Assembly (NCBI GenBank): GCA_038087875.1
Contig: CM075987.1
Location: forward strand, 20,276,001-20,336,000
DNA from: Malacoraja senta
Lineage: Eukaryota
Direction of reading: 5' to 3'
DNA length: 60,000 nt
Numbering within the stretch: position 1 is the stretch's first letter; every line of letters begins with the position of its first letter. Positions 27,356-40,701 of this stretch are shown in pieces. A program made the translations under genes and the position numbers. The notes beneath the pieces were generated by a model. That model had not been told where the DNA came from, searched no databases, and worked only from the letters and a program-made list of their open reading frames with translations.

Positions 27356-29176
27356 CAATGCCCTCCATAATGTTTGGGACAAAGACCCATCATTTATTTA
27401 TTTGCCTCTGTACTTCAGAATTTGAGATTTGTAATAGAAAAAAATCACGTGGTTAAAGTGCACATTGTCAGATTTTAATAATACATTTTGGTTTCACCAT
27501 GTAGAAATTACAGTAGTGCTTATACATAGTCCCCCATTTCAGGGCAGCATAATGTTTGGGACACAGCAATGTCATGTAAATGAAAGTCAAGTTTAGTATT
27601 TTGTTGCATATCCTTTGCATGCAATGACTGCTTGAAGTCTGCGATTCATGGACATCACCAGTTGCTGGGTGTCGTCTCTGGTGATGCTTTGCCAGGCCTG
27701 TATTACAGTCATCTTTAGGTTATGCTTGTTCTGGGGGATAGTCCCCTTCAGTTTTCTCTTCAGCATATAAAAGACATACTAAATCACTTTCCATTGTGCC
27801 ACTCAAGAATTGACCATTTTTTAGCTTTGAAAAACTCCTTTGTTGCTTTAGCAGTATGTTGGGATCATTGTCTTGCTGTAGAATGAACCGCTGGCCAATG
27901 AGAGACTAGTGTTTCTCCCACTAGTCTTACTGTCTCTGCCTACATTCTATCTTTGTCCCGCCCCCTCCCCGACATTAGTCTGAAGAAGGGTCTCAACCCG
28001 AAACGTCGCCCATTCCTTCTCTCCAGAGATGCTGCCTCACCCACTGAGTTACTCCAGCATTTTGTGTTTACCTTCGATTTAAACCAGCATCTGCAGTTCT
28101 TTTTTCCACAATGAGTTTTGAGGCATATGTTTGAACTTGAGCAGATAGGATGTGTCTATACACTTCAGAATACATTATGCTACTACCATCAGCAGTTGTA
28201 TCATCAATGAAGATAAGTGAGCCAGTACCTTCAGCAGCCATACATGCCCAGGCCATAAAACCCCCACCACCGTGTTTTCACAGATGAGGTGGTATGCTTT
28301 GGATCTTGGGCAGTTCCTTCTCTCCTCCATACTTTGCTCTTGCCATCACTCTGATACAAGTTAATCTTTGTCTCATCTGTCTCCACGGCCTTTTTCCAGA
28401 ACTGTGGTTACTCTTTTAAGTAGTTCTTGGCAATCTGTAACCAGGCCATCCTATTTTTGCGGTTAATCAGTGGTTTACATCTTGCAGTGTAGTCTCTGTA
28501 TTCCTGTTCATGAAGTCTTCTGCGGACAGTGGTCATTGACAAATCCACACCTGACTCCTGAAGAGTGTTTCTGATCTGTCGGACAGATGTTTGGGGATTT
28601 TTCTTTATTATAGAGAGAATACTTCTGTCATCCGCTGTGGAGGTCTTCCTTGGCCTGCCAATCCCATTGTTATTAGTAAGCTCACCAGTGCTCTCTTTCT
28701 TCTTAATGATGTTCCAAACAGTTGATTTTGGTAAGACTAAGGTTTGGCTGATGTCTCTAACAGTTTTATTCTTGTTTCTCAGTCTCATAATGGCTTATTT
28801 GACTTTCATTGGCACAACTTAGTTCCTCATGTTGATAAACAGCAATAAAAGTTTCCAATGGTGATGGAAAGACTAGGTGCTGAGAACTCACTTATACCTG
28901 CATTAAGAAGGCAATTAAACACACCTGACCAATTACAAACACCTGTGAAGCCATGTGTCCCAAACATTATGGTGCCCAGAAATGGGGGGACTATGTATAA
29001 ACACAGCTGTAATTTCTAAATGGCGAAACCAAAATGTATAAAAATAGCCTTTAATAAAATCTGACAATGTGCACTTTAACCACGTGTGATTTAAAAAAAA
29101 TTACAAATCTCAAATTGTGGAATACAGAGGCAAATAAATAAATATGGGTCTGTCCCAAACATTATGGAGGGCACTT
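27356..29176 (-). mobile_element. Tc1-like IR/DR transposon with inactivated transposase
   Basis: ~210-bp TIRs with internal direct repeat CATAATGTTTGGGACA; TA at 27354-27355 and 29177-29178; minus ORFs show the HTH region with GRPRKTS, the WACMAA motif and QQDNDP; in-frame stops present. Confidence 0.93.
27902..28108 (+). mobile_element. Penelope-type repeat inserted in the Tc1
   Basis: CTGAAGA core at 27980; CAATGAG duplicated at both flanks. Confidence 0.75.
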
Positions 29177-29676
29177 TAGGTGACTTTCACTCTGAAGAAG
29201 TGTCCTGACCTGAAACATCAGCTATCCGTGTTCTCCAGAGATGCTGTCTGCCCAGTTGAGTTACTCTGGTATTTAGTGTCTAATTAAAAGAATGTTCCCC
29301 AATAATACTAAATCACTTTCCTTTGTCCACAAAAATAAGAAATCTTATTGGACATTTTGATCTTTCATTTACCCTTTTTGTTTTTGCTGTTCTCAAAATT
29401 TTGGCTCTTAATGCACAAGATGCTTCACCTGCTTAAATAGTTGATACATTTTGTAATCTAATAACATTTTCATCATCGTGACTGTCGTTTTCCAGTTAAA
29501 ATCTTGTTTTAAAATTATATTAATTTTTTGGGGGTTTCATTTAAAAGTCCGATATCTCTAGAGCACTTTCAGATACTTAACAATATACTAGTGATCTTCC
29601 ATATATTCATATTGTCCTTGTATAAAGCTAATAATAGATATTAAAATAATTATTAATCCTTCCTATTTTGTTGCAG

Positions 29677-29706
29677 GAACTCAAAGGTGGAAAGGCATTC
29701 TCTAAG
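29677..29706 (+). CDS. FAM102A: FAM102A 30-nt micro-exon
   Basis: ttgttgcag|GAACTC...TCTAAG|gtaat; ELKGGKAFSK, phase 0-0, joins the neighbouring exons in frame. Confidence 0.93.
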
Positions 29707-29820
29707 GTAATGTTACACACCTCCTGCATATGATGTGTGTAAGCCTGAGGCTATGATGCAAAATTCAAGAGTTAATTTGGTCCAGATGTTAGTACTGTTC
29801 AACATTCAAATTGACAAATT

Positions 29821-30111
29821 GGCAAAGTGGCAGGTTGAGTAGCTGCCTTACAGAACCAGAGACCCGGGTTCAATCCTGACTACGGGTGCTGTCTGTTCAG
29901 AATTTGTACATTCTCCATGTGACTGCGTGGGTTTTCTCTCGAGGTGCTCTGGTTTCCTCCCACACTCCAAAGACGTACAAGTTTGTAGGTTAATTGGCTT
30001 CTGTAAATTGTCCCTAATGTGTTGGATATTGGGAGCATATGGGGTGATCTCTGGTCAGTGCAGACTTGGTGGGCCGAAGGGCCTGTTTCCACACTATCTC
30101 TAAATTCTAAA
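29821..30111 (+). mobile_element. HE1-like V-SINE
   Basis: tRNA-derived head with B box GGTTCAATCC, V-domain GGTTTCCTCCCACACTCCAAAGAC, CR1-type tail GGGCCGAAGGGCCTGTTTCC...CTAAA. Confidence 0.85.
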
Positions 30112-30269
30112 GCAAGAAAGAAAATGCTAATTTGTTAGGAAACCGCTTTGCTTAAGGGCATCAATTTATCAAGCCTGCTCCCATTCCTGTTACTACTATT
30201 TTTAGCACAAATTTCCACTTGTCAAATCAATTGCAAATGTTGCTTTCAAACCAGAGACTCGTGTTTCAG

Positions 30270-30450
30270 GTAATACAATTCTTACTCGTGTCAAATGTTT
30301 ATGGGTTTATTCCCAATCCTGACCTTCAGAACATAATTTCAATTGATACTCCCAACGCTCTAGTGAGTGAATACTGTACTTGTAAACACCATATCCCTTT
30401 GGATATGATGTTTAACCAAGATCGGTGTCTGCATATTTTCCCAGTTGTGG
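30270..30450 (+). mobile_element. possible ancient Deu-domain (SacSINE1-like) SINE remnant
   Basis: weak resemblance to the recalled Deu-domain consensus (GATACTCCC...GAGTGAATACTGTACT...GATGTTTAACCAAG). Confidence 0.35.
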
Positions 30451-31318
30451 CAAACATTAAAGAAGTCACCTAGTAGCTAAGTCACCTCCTGATTTTCCAC
30501 AGATTTAGATTGTAATTCATTTAATTTAAAAAATAATGATAAATATGATCTCTCAGTCCCCCTTTCTATCCAGCTATGCGCAAAATGATGTGCTTGCTGT
30601 ATTCCCCATAATTTTAAATAAGCCACATCAACTATAATGATTTAAAATGATTTTTGAGAAATATGGTGAATTTCAATATAAATGCAACCCCTTTTTAGTC
30701 ACTCTTCAGATTAACTGTGAGATTAGTAAATGCAGTAGATCAGGAAAATTAGGCCATGCTTATTGTCATCTCCAGATGTACTAAGATTTTTAGCTCCTAG
30801 TAAACATATAGTAAATAGCTTCCAGTTAAAAAAACATAATTTTTATTCCAGTAAAATGGAGCAAAAAAAAATATGTTTGTCTTCACAAAAGTGGATGGTA
30901 ATCAAATTAAAATAATGTTCCTCAATAATACTAAATCACTTTCCATTGTGCACGAAAGGAATAAATTGAATTATCCATCATTCTGGTTCTCAACAGTGAA
31001 ATAATTTTTCTAGCAGTCACAATGTTGCCAGTTACAGTCGCTATGGTGAGGCTGCAGTTAATTTAAATGCACATTTCCCTTTGACCATGACCTCAGCTGG
31101 GTTATTCGATATGCACCGTTTGTCACTGAATTTTTAAGGGTATCATTTTGCTACAAATAGTGAATATTCATCCTGAGACTTATATCATCAAGGCAGTGAT
31201 GCAAATAAAAACGCTTATCTTTAGATCATCTCTTGCTAGGCAGTAATTGAGGATATCTTTTAAGTACTTTTTGAAAAACGTAGAAGAATGTGGTCTGTAT
31301 TTTTATCAAATAAGCTAA

Positions 31319-31968
31319 AGGGGCTGTCCCACTTTGGCGACCTAATCTGCGAGTTTTGAAAAGTGTCTTCTACCTTCAAACTCGCAGCATGGTCGACACG
31401 TGGTCCTAGGATGTCCTATGAGGACGCTGGAACTCTCCTTCATGCTCGAGGGAAGTTCCTGAATACTCGTGGCCTCAGCTAGGTAGCGGAAAGTTTTTCA
31501 GCATGTTGAAAATCTTTCCGCGAGTAAAATTTGAACTCGGGGTCGCTATGTAGTTACAGGCAGTCTTGGGCAGCCGTAGGCAATCTCCCTTGCTGACCGG
31601 GCATTTTGATTGGCTCATTGGAGTTTTCAGGACCCAGGGAAACCGACCGGTAGGTAAAATGCCTGCTAAACTTTATTATACTTCTTAAAAGTGTCTCCAC
31701 TCCTTCTCCCCACCCTTCTCTCTTCCCCCCCCACCCCCCCCCCACCCCCGCTCTCTTAAGGACTTACCGTACACTGTGGCAGCCGTTTACCTTCCTCTTC
31801 ATCTCGCAGACAGGGCTCCCCCGCTTTCCCTGGCCCCTGCCTTTGCGATGTGTGTGTGTGTGGTCGGTCGATCCAGCTCGCGGTTTTCCAGGCGAGTGCC
31901 CTCGAGCTTGAAGGTCGAAGACACTCTTCTTAACTGGTGGATTAGGACGCTGCAGTGGGACAGCCCCT
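31319..31968. mobile_element. PIF/Harbinger MITE
   Basis: perfect 15-bp TIRs AGGGGCTGTCCCACT and AGTGGGACAGCCCCT; TAA TSD at 31316-31318 and 31969-31971. Confidence 0.9.
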
Positions 31969-33382
31969 TAAGGGAGAGGAGTGTTTCCATGATACATAAT
32001 ATTTTTGTATTGTTTCATGTAGAGCAAGCATTTTAAATGTGGTATAACATTTTGAGATTCTAAGGTTGAATATTGCATGCCGATCTGGACTTTATTTTAA
32101 TTACCCTAAACCTTTAATTACCCTGAACTGGTTTTTCTTCTTGGGGAATGAATCCTTTCCTTACCCTCCCCTACCCTCCCTCCATTTAAAAAAATGTTTG
32201 CACATATTCATCTATTTTCTGCTGGTCTTCCTGCTCTGGTTTCTAGGGTCATCAGCGCAGAACGTTGGCTGCTTCATGCTGCTAAATGATTCAAGGAATT
32301 TTCCTTCTGCCAGATACTGCATACTAAGAAATTCACTACATTTGATATCTTGATATTAAAATTGGTAGGGTCAATAAATGTGTTAGTGCACTAAAGGAGG
32401 AAACTAAATGAGGAATTGCATGCTTAGACTCTGATAATTTGTGATAGATTTGCCTCCTTAGTTTTATTGACCTTGAGTTTCGGATCAAGTACAATACAGT
32501 GAATTTAAATGACAGCTTGCCCACGAAAAATCTGGACAGTGAAAGGTGTTTTTTATATGCATATATCTGAAAAACTATATAAATATGGATTATTTTTGGT
32601 ACAGACAACACTGGTTTTCCTGCTGTTTTGTATCTGTATTTTCTGTGAACAAGGGCTTAGTGCTTTTTTTGCCATGGTGAATTATGTTAGAATGATTCTT
32701 TTAAGATAAATTATATCTTTTTCTCAATCATTTTGCCTATCCTTGCCCTACCACCAGACAGTTTTAAAGCACATTATTTTCCCCCTCCATTCCCCCACTT
32801 CATTCCTTGTATTTGGTGCCTTCTGTTAATTACATTATGTTTGCAGCATGTTAAAGATGAAACAATCAGAAGCACTGCTGAAGGACTTTTCAATTTCTTT
32901 CCCTCCATCTCCAGAAATGAGCTTGCCTGACATTTCAACTACAAATGGATCAAGCTACAATGGATACTTGTGCATTTAATAATTTCAGCATATTTTTGCC
33001 TCAGGAACAATGCAACCTTTCCTGGCATTTGCTTACTATGATAGGTTTTCTGACACAAATCTCTCATATTTCTTGAATGACAAGATACTTTTAAGTTTCC
33101 CCAGCCTGAGGAAGTATTTGTGCACCATGCTGATAAGGCAATCCTCTTGTTAGAAACTCATTAAGAATCCACTTGACTCTTTGGAGATTTGTGTAGTTCG
33201 TAGTTTGAATTTATTATCTTACCTTTCTCCTGTTCTTCCGTTCATACTTGCTGTAATGACAGCACGGTAAAGGGCAACACGGTACTTGTATGATGTCCAA
33301 TATGGGTTGGTTATGGGATAACTATATTGCATTGACCCTTAGAAGCATTTGTCTATTTTTGGGTACATTGAATATCAGATAG

Positions 33383-33695
33383 CTTAGTTTAGTTTAGAGA
33401 TACAACACGGAAACAGTCCCTTCGGCCCACAGAGTCCACACCGACCCGCGATCCCCACACATTAACACTACCCTACACACATTAGGGACAATTTTTACAT
33501 TTATACCAAGCCAATTAACCTACAAACCTGTATGTCGCTGGAATGTGGGAGGAAACCAAAGTTCTTGGAGAAAACCCACGCAGGTCACAGGGAGAACGTA
33601 CAAACTTCGTACAGACAAGCACCCGTAGCCAGGATCGAACCCGGGTCTCAGGTGCTATAAGGCAGCAACTCTACTGCTGCGCCACCATGACACCC
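33383..33695 (-). mobile_element. HE1-like V-SINE
   Basis: reverse copy of the 29821 family; B box GGTTCGATCC; CTAAA-repeat tail. Confidence 0.88.
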
Positions 33696-33967
33696 TCATA
33701 GCTGGGAAAGTAGAGTGCTGTATTACGATAACCCAAATGCACAAGTGCACTTTTACCTCTATTGAGAAAGCACAGTATAATATTGTGTATGTGATGGGGT
33801 GGGAGACAAAAATGATGAACATTCATATGAACGAACTAAAAGCAGGGGGAGACTATGCAACCTCACAAGCCAGCTCTGCAAATTCATTATATTGTAGATC
33901 TGATTGTAATCACAATTACCCTTTCCCGTGTAACCTTCCATCCCCTTGCTTATCAAGAACCTATCTA

Positions 33968-34098
33968 TCTGAAGAAGGGTCTCGACCCAAAACGTCACCT
34001 ATTTCCTTCGCTCCATAGATGCTGCTTCACCCGCTGAGTTTCTCCAGCATTTTTGTCTACCATCGATTTTTCCAACATCTGCAGTTCTTTCTTAAATA
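33968..34098 (+). mobile_element. Penelope-type repeat within degenerate CR1 sequence
   Basis: CTGAAGAAGGGTCTCGACCCAAAACGTCACC...GTTCTTTCTTAAA. Confidence 0.75.
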
Positions 34099-34960
34099 TC
34101 TCTGTCTCACATATTTTAAAGACTCTGGTTCCATCTCCCTTCTTGAGGAGGAAAGTTCCAAAGACTTGCAACCCCTCCCAGACAAAACAATGCACCTCAA
34201 TTGTGTCTTAAATGGGCAATCCCTTATTTTTAAACAATGGCCCATGGATCTAAATTTACCACAGGAGGAAATATCTTCTTCATGTCCACTCTTTTATGAT
34301 CCCTCAGTATCTTGTGTTTAATCAAGTCACTTCTTACTCTTCTAAATACCAGCCAGATCAAGTCCAGTCAGTCCAACCTTTCCTGATGACAAACTAGTCA
34401 TTCCAGGTACAAGTTTGGTAAATCCTCTTCTGAATTATTTCCAAGGCATTTATATCGTTCCTTAAATGAAGGGACCAATATTACAAGCAGTAGCGCACAA
34501 TGTGTCTTGCCAGTGCCCTACTTAACTGAAGCATAACCTCCCTGCTTTTGTACTCAATTCACCTAGCAAAAAATTATAATGTTCTCTGTTTGCTTTAGTT
34601 GATTAGCAACCGGATAAGAACTGATCAATTATGGTAATTAGTTTGAATCACGGGTAGTTGATTGTTATTCACGACTGTAGATCAATGCATCTGTAAATTA
34701 TGTTAATGGATACACATTTGAACACCGTGCTTGTTTTTTCATTATAAAGACAGCGACTTACCCTGACTCCCTATGTACATAACAGCCTTAAAGAGGATTT
34801 AAAAAAAATTATAATGTAATTTTTTTTTTTGCAGTAGCTAGCTGTTTTACCTGACCTCATAGTAAAGGAGAAAATGTGTCACTCTGACAATAACAGGGAC
34901 ATCTTCATTGAAAACACTTTGATATAATTGTTGTTAGGATATTTTTCCAAATACTTTGTA

Positions 34961-37597
34961 CAATACAATACAGTACCGTTTATTGTCATTTGAACCTCAA
35001 ATTAAGTTCAAATGAAATTTGGTTTCTGCAAGTTTTACAACAAGAAAAAAAAAAACAAGACACACAATTAACACAATTTACACAAATATCCATCACAGTG
35101 AATCTCCTCCTTACTGTGATGGAAGGCAAAGTCATTGTCTCTCCCCTGTTTTCCATTCTTCTCCCGATGTTAAAGCCCCCAGCAGGCGATGGCAAGTCCC
35201 GTGGCCGTTAAGGCCGCGCCAGGTGATGTAAGGCCCTGCTCCGGGTCTTGATGTTGGAGCCCCCGGCTGGCGATGGCAAGTCCCGCGGCCGTTAAAGCCA
35301 CGCCGGACGCAATAAAAATGATCTTTTTACCACAAATTTTATACCTATTTCAATCAATTCCTATATACTTACCTAAGAAGTTTTTTAAAAAACTCGACTC
35401 AGATATCACTAATTTTATATGGGACTATAAATCACATAGAATACAAAAAACCCATCTGAATAAACCTAAAGTATTGGGGGGTCTAGCACTACCTAATTTT
35501 ATGTATTATTATTGGTCAGTAAATATTAAAAACATGATTCAACTGATGGATAACTCCGCCCAGCAAGTAGACTGGATTGTAATGGAGAAAGAGGATTGCT
35601 CCTCTAGAAACATTGGAGCGATCCTCCTCTCTCCAATGAAATTGAATAACATAAACTATAATAAGAACCCAATTATTCATAGTACAATCCGTATTTGGAA
35701 ACAAATAAAACAAAATTTAAAATTAAGAAACTTATCACTTTTATTACCTATAGTCAATAACCCTTTGTTTAGTCCTTCTATTATAGATAAAGCTTATACA
35801 CAATGGGATAGACTAGGAATTAAAACGCTTGGTGACTTGTATGAAACTGGAAAATTACTTTAATTTCAACAATTACAAATAAAATATAAACTCGGAAATA
35901 ATCAATATTTTAAATACTTTCAAATATGCGACTATTTGAAAAAATATACAAAAGATCATCATAATAACCCAGCAGATGTACTGGACGAGGCAATGCAGAT
36001 AAAAGCGGAATCAGCAAACTTAATATCATATTTGTATAATATTATCTTAAATGCACAAATACCATCTACGGAGGGTATCAGAAGAGACTGGGAACAAGAG
36101 TTAGCTATTAAAATTTCAAAGGAAAGTTGGAATGAATACTTATTAAACGTGCATAAATGCTCGATTAATGTAAGACACACTTTAATACAATTTAAAATTT
36201 TACATAGATTATATTATTCGAAAACTAAAATTCATAAAATTTTCCCAAACGTATCATCTATTTGTGATAAATGTCAATCCCAAGAAGCAACTATAGCGCA
36301 CTCATTTGTCTTTTGTACAAAAATTCAAAAATTTTGGAATGAAATTTTTGAAATCTTTACAAAGTTATTTAAAACAAGACTGATACCCAAAGCAGAATGG
36401 ATTATCTTCGGAATAACGGAAGATGATCCAGAACTAAATGTGTTTCAAAAGAAATTAATGGACTATGGGTTAATAACTGGAAAAAAGCTAATTCTAAAAT
36501 TTTGGAAGAAGGCTCCAATACCAACTATAAATATGTGGATTTCAAATATGTTTGAAACATTACACCTAGAAGAGATAAGACTCCTCCTAGCAGGTAAACC
36601 AGATCACTTCCACCTGACGTGGTCTGCATTTATAGAATTATTACAAACATAGGGTGCAAAAGTACTTTAAAAAAAATAAAAAATTGAGGTCAGGTAAGGG
36701 GGGATGATAGTTGAAGAGTTGGTATGTCCTATTTACGTGATGCTCAAAAAAAAAACATTTGTTTCTTTTTTTCTCTTTCTCTTTTCTTTTCTTAGGGCCT
36801 ATTTCTTAACTCTTTTTCTTTTTGTTTTTAATTTCGCTCTTATAGGGTCTTCGTCCTCTTTTGTTGTTACATTTTCTACACTTTTCTACACTTGCACTTT
36901 TTCCTTCACTTTCTTCTCTCTTTCAATCTTTTCTTTTTCTAGTGTAAAAAAATAAATAAAGGGAGTACATTAATTGTAAGAAGATATAAATGACGAGTAT
37001 TAATGTATGTGGTTGTAATGTAATGTACTTCTAATAAATAAAAATTAAAAAAAATAAAATAAAAAATAAAAAAAAATAAAAAAAAAAAGCCACGCCGGGC
37101 GATGTAAGGCCCCGCTCCAGGTCGTTTTCAACCCCGGAATTCGGGTGGGAGAAGTTGTCTTTGCGGGAGCTCCGAAAAGCGGTCTCCCACCAGGGACCCG
37201 CGAGCTCCTGATGTCACCATCCACCGGGCCTGCGGCTGGAGCCTCCGAAGCTCCGAAGTCAGGTCGCATCCGCGCGCCACCACGGCTCTCCACACTCCGA
37301 AGCCGGCCAGCTCCACGATGGTGGGTCCGCAGGCTCCGCGACTGGAGCCCCCAGGTCGTCCCGGTTGGAGGCCGCTCCACGGTGCTAGGCCCCAACGACA
37401 ATGGAGACCCGACAGGGAAAAGGTCGGGCCCCCCGTACAGGGAAGAGATTTAAACGTTTCCCCCCCCCCGCCCCCCACATATACACAGCTAAAAACAATA
37501 TATAAACTACAACCAAACTATACACTCAACAGGACAAAAATTAAAAAAAGACAGACGGACTGCAGAGAGGCCGCTGTCGCGAGGCGCCGCCATCTTG
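34961..37597 (-). mobile_element. GC-rich non-autonomous retroposon (~850 bp) split by an L1 insertion
   Basis: 5' CAAGATGGCGG at 37597; 3' AATAAA plus TATTG-repeat tail at ~34961; shares ACTGTGATGGAAGGC with the 42098-42720 element. Confidence 0.7.
35307..37085 (+). mobile_element. L1-clade LINE, 5'-truncated (ORF2 C-terminus, 3' UTR, poly-A)
   Basis: KMIFLPQILYLFQSIP, GGLALPN and CCHC knuckle CDKC..HSFVFC; one in-frame stop at 35861; TSD AAAGCCACGCCGG at 35294-35306 and 37086-37098 at a TT/AAAG site. Confidence 0.93.
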
Positions 37598-38418
37598 CCC
37601 ACCAATGTAAACCAGATGAAACCAGATTTAGATTTTCTCAAATATCTTGATATCTTTTCACCAATATCCCTTCATGAATCTGGTTTTCACGTTCACAGGA
37701 TAGGTTTAGAGTGTAATTAATTTGTTTTCAAATTTTTAGTGATGGATATAGTTACAATAATGCCACGTGGAACACGGCCATATCTGCAAAATAGAATTTG
37801 CAGTTTTACTGATGGACAATATTTTTTTTGTTTAAATCCCATTGTAAATAAACCACCTTCTTAAGTCTTTTAAATTTCTGTAATTTTTCCCCCCATTTAT
37901 CAACAAGAGTCTGAATTTTGGATTTGACCTGAACTTGTAGTTTACAAAGAAATGCAGCTTTAAGGTCTGAATTTTCATGTCATTGTACACCTATGTTTTT
38001 AGTTTATGTTTAATTGTTAAGAGTGATTATAGAATAGTTTTTGCTGTTGCTTGACCAAATCGGCATGTACAGTGCATTTTGCTGGTTAATCATTACTGCA
38101 TAAGCATTGTTTTACAGTACTTCCTGGAAAAAGCCTGCCTGTTTGTAGAGACATCTATCTGCTCAGGCAGTTTTCCTGCCCGTGGAAACTTATTTTTATT
38201 GTAGAATGGAAAAATGAAGTTTAGGATTAAGGACTTAAATCTGAATAACAATAAACCTATTGTGTGTTAGACTGTTTCCAGTAATGGTTATAGTCAACAC
38301 AGTGTTTTAGAAAAAGTGAGAACATCTTATAGTTATGGTTTAAAAACATGAAGATAAATTACCTTTGGTTTCAATGGGTTTTGTTTTTCACAACTACTGG
38401 TCAGGATAACTATGTTAA

Positions 38419-38565
<147 letters not shown>

Positions 38566-40021
38566 TAATTGCTGATAGAGAACATTGATGTTTAAAGTAG
38601 AAAAAGCAATGACATGTTTAAAACAAAGTCTTAGCTCCTGTGTGAATGTTCAAAATTATTCCGTTTCTTATAAAATCAGGGCAGGTTTTATGCCTTGCCC
38701 AATTTTTTATCTGGTGTCACACCCTTGTGATTCCCTGCGTGATCTTGGCTTCAATCTTGGCCTTAAATATATTAAATTACCATTGAAATTCTATACTTCA
38801 AGGAACTATGGATGCCCAAACATCTGCAACTTGCTGAGTTGGTGAAAAACAAATCCCTTTAGTTTCTGATCCGGAGACTAAAGACCCTAGTAGCTCTGGA
38901 CCACAGTTATAGGAAATGGCTGCTTGGCATTTACCTTGTCACTGCCTGAGAATCTTGTATGTTTCAACGTGGTCACCTCTCATTCTTCTAAAAAAGGGAA
39001 TGGTACTTGTGTAACATTTTTCATGCATGCATTCCTTGAAAGGGAGGGATTAAATAAAATCTCAATTGCATTGTTCCAACGTGATGTATTCTTAGGCAAG
39101 GAGACAAGAATAGTGCAATGTTATCAGATATTGTCATATAAAAGCCCCACACTATTGCAGCATGAATTCCATTCCTTTGTGCTCCAACTGCCTATGAGTT
39201 GTACCAGCATACTAACATGTTGCAATATACTCCCTGTGCCTTGATAGCAGGTGGATTGCTGTCTGGACTCTAGACTGCAGAACCTTTGAAGAAATATTGC
39301 ACTGTGGTCATCAGTAGATCACCACACCACTAACAATGCGGAAGCAAATAAACCCCCCAGCTTCCAATACATAATAGGGCTGAAGGCACTGGATAGCATG
39401 CAATTCCATTGAGGAACACCAGTTGGCTGCAGTGTTTGTGGGATTGTGTTCTGGATTTCTGCACTTGCACATCGGGACGTGATAGCACTCAGAGTTCCAT
39501 AACACACTGGGCTGAATGACCAGATTTACTTAATAACTATTCCTACAGCTTTATGACTGCCACAGCTGGAACATCTGGCATAACACACTCATGAGTAGGA
39601 TCACCAATCTTCTCCAAAAGTATTTTATAATACCTCATTAAAGCCTTAAAGATAATTAAAATACATTTGTAAAGTTGAATGCAGTTCTGAGTTTTAATTT
39701 CATTAATTTTTTTAATTTCTATCATTATTTAAATGTTATTCTGTTGTACCTAAATATCTTTGATTGTAAACATTTGGAAACATTAGAAAGGCCAGGCAGC
39801 ACAAGCCTTCAGTAAGCCATCGGGGTAGTCTGTGGCCTTCATTTGGTCTAGGCGTTGTTTGCAAACTGCTCTGTCTTGCTTAGCTGCCACAACAGTACAG
39901 CCAGCAGGGCACTGCCAGCCCTGCAACAAAATATAAGATGTGACTGACCATCCCAGGAGAAATGCAGGTTTGGTCCAACCCACTTTCAAAATATATTATT
40001 AAGCTGGAAGTAATTATAGGA

Positions 40022-40114
40022 GGTAGACATAAATGCTGGAGAAACTCAGCGGGTGAGGCAGCATCTATGCAGCGAAGGAAATAGGCAACGTTTCGGGCCG
40101 AAACCCTTCTTCAG
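40022..40114 (-). mobile_element. Penelope-type repeat
   Basis: TSD AGTAATTATAGGA at 40009-40021 and 40121-40133; intact CTGAAGA...GAAAC core. Confidence 0.8.
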
Positions 40115-40204
40115 AATTATAGTAATTATAGGACTTGAGTTTTTGATGACTTCTAGTATTTCTGTTTGAGATTATTTGATTCCGGATTAAATTACTAGAG
40201 CAAA

Positions 40205-40590
40205 TAAGTCATATGGGCTGGAAACAGGCCCTTTGGCTCAACTTGCCCATGCCAACCAACATGCCCCATCTACACTAGTCCCAACTGCCTGCATTTGATC
40301 CATATCCTTCTAAATCTATCCTATCCATGTACCAATCAAATTTTTTTTAACGTGTGATAGTACCCACAACTACCTCCTCTGGCAGCTCGTTCCATATACC
40401 CCCCACACTTTGTGTAAAGAAAAGTTACCCATCTGTGTTCATATTAAATCTTTCCCCCCCCCCCCTACCTTAAACCTATGTCCACTGGTTCTTGATTCCC
40501 CTTTTCTGGTTAAAAGACTCTGCATTTACACAATCTATTGCCCTCATGATTTTATACACCTCTATAAGATCACCCCTCATCCTCCCGATG
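40205..40590 (-). mobile_element. CR1/HER1 3' end fragment
   Basis: reverse-strand similarity to the 3' ends of the CR1 copies. Confidence 0.75.
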
Positions 40591-40701
40591 AGCAGATTGC
40601 TGCTTAATCCTTCAATCCGTTGCTATTCTCAGGGCTACAGGTGATGATTATTTTAGCAGATGTCTTATCATGTTTTTTACACTAGCTGTTTTGTTTTGCA
40701 G

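Noticed and set aside
29821..29890. tRNA gene
   Set aside because: It is the tRNA-derived head of an HE1 SINE and continues into the V-domain and LINE tail.
37045..37650. overlapping GC-rich ORFs
   Set aside because: Stop-poor GC-rich repeat sequence with no recognisable protein.
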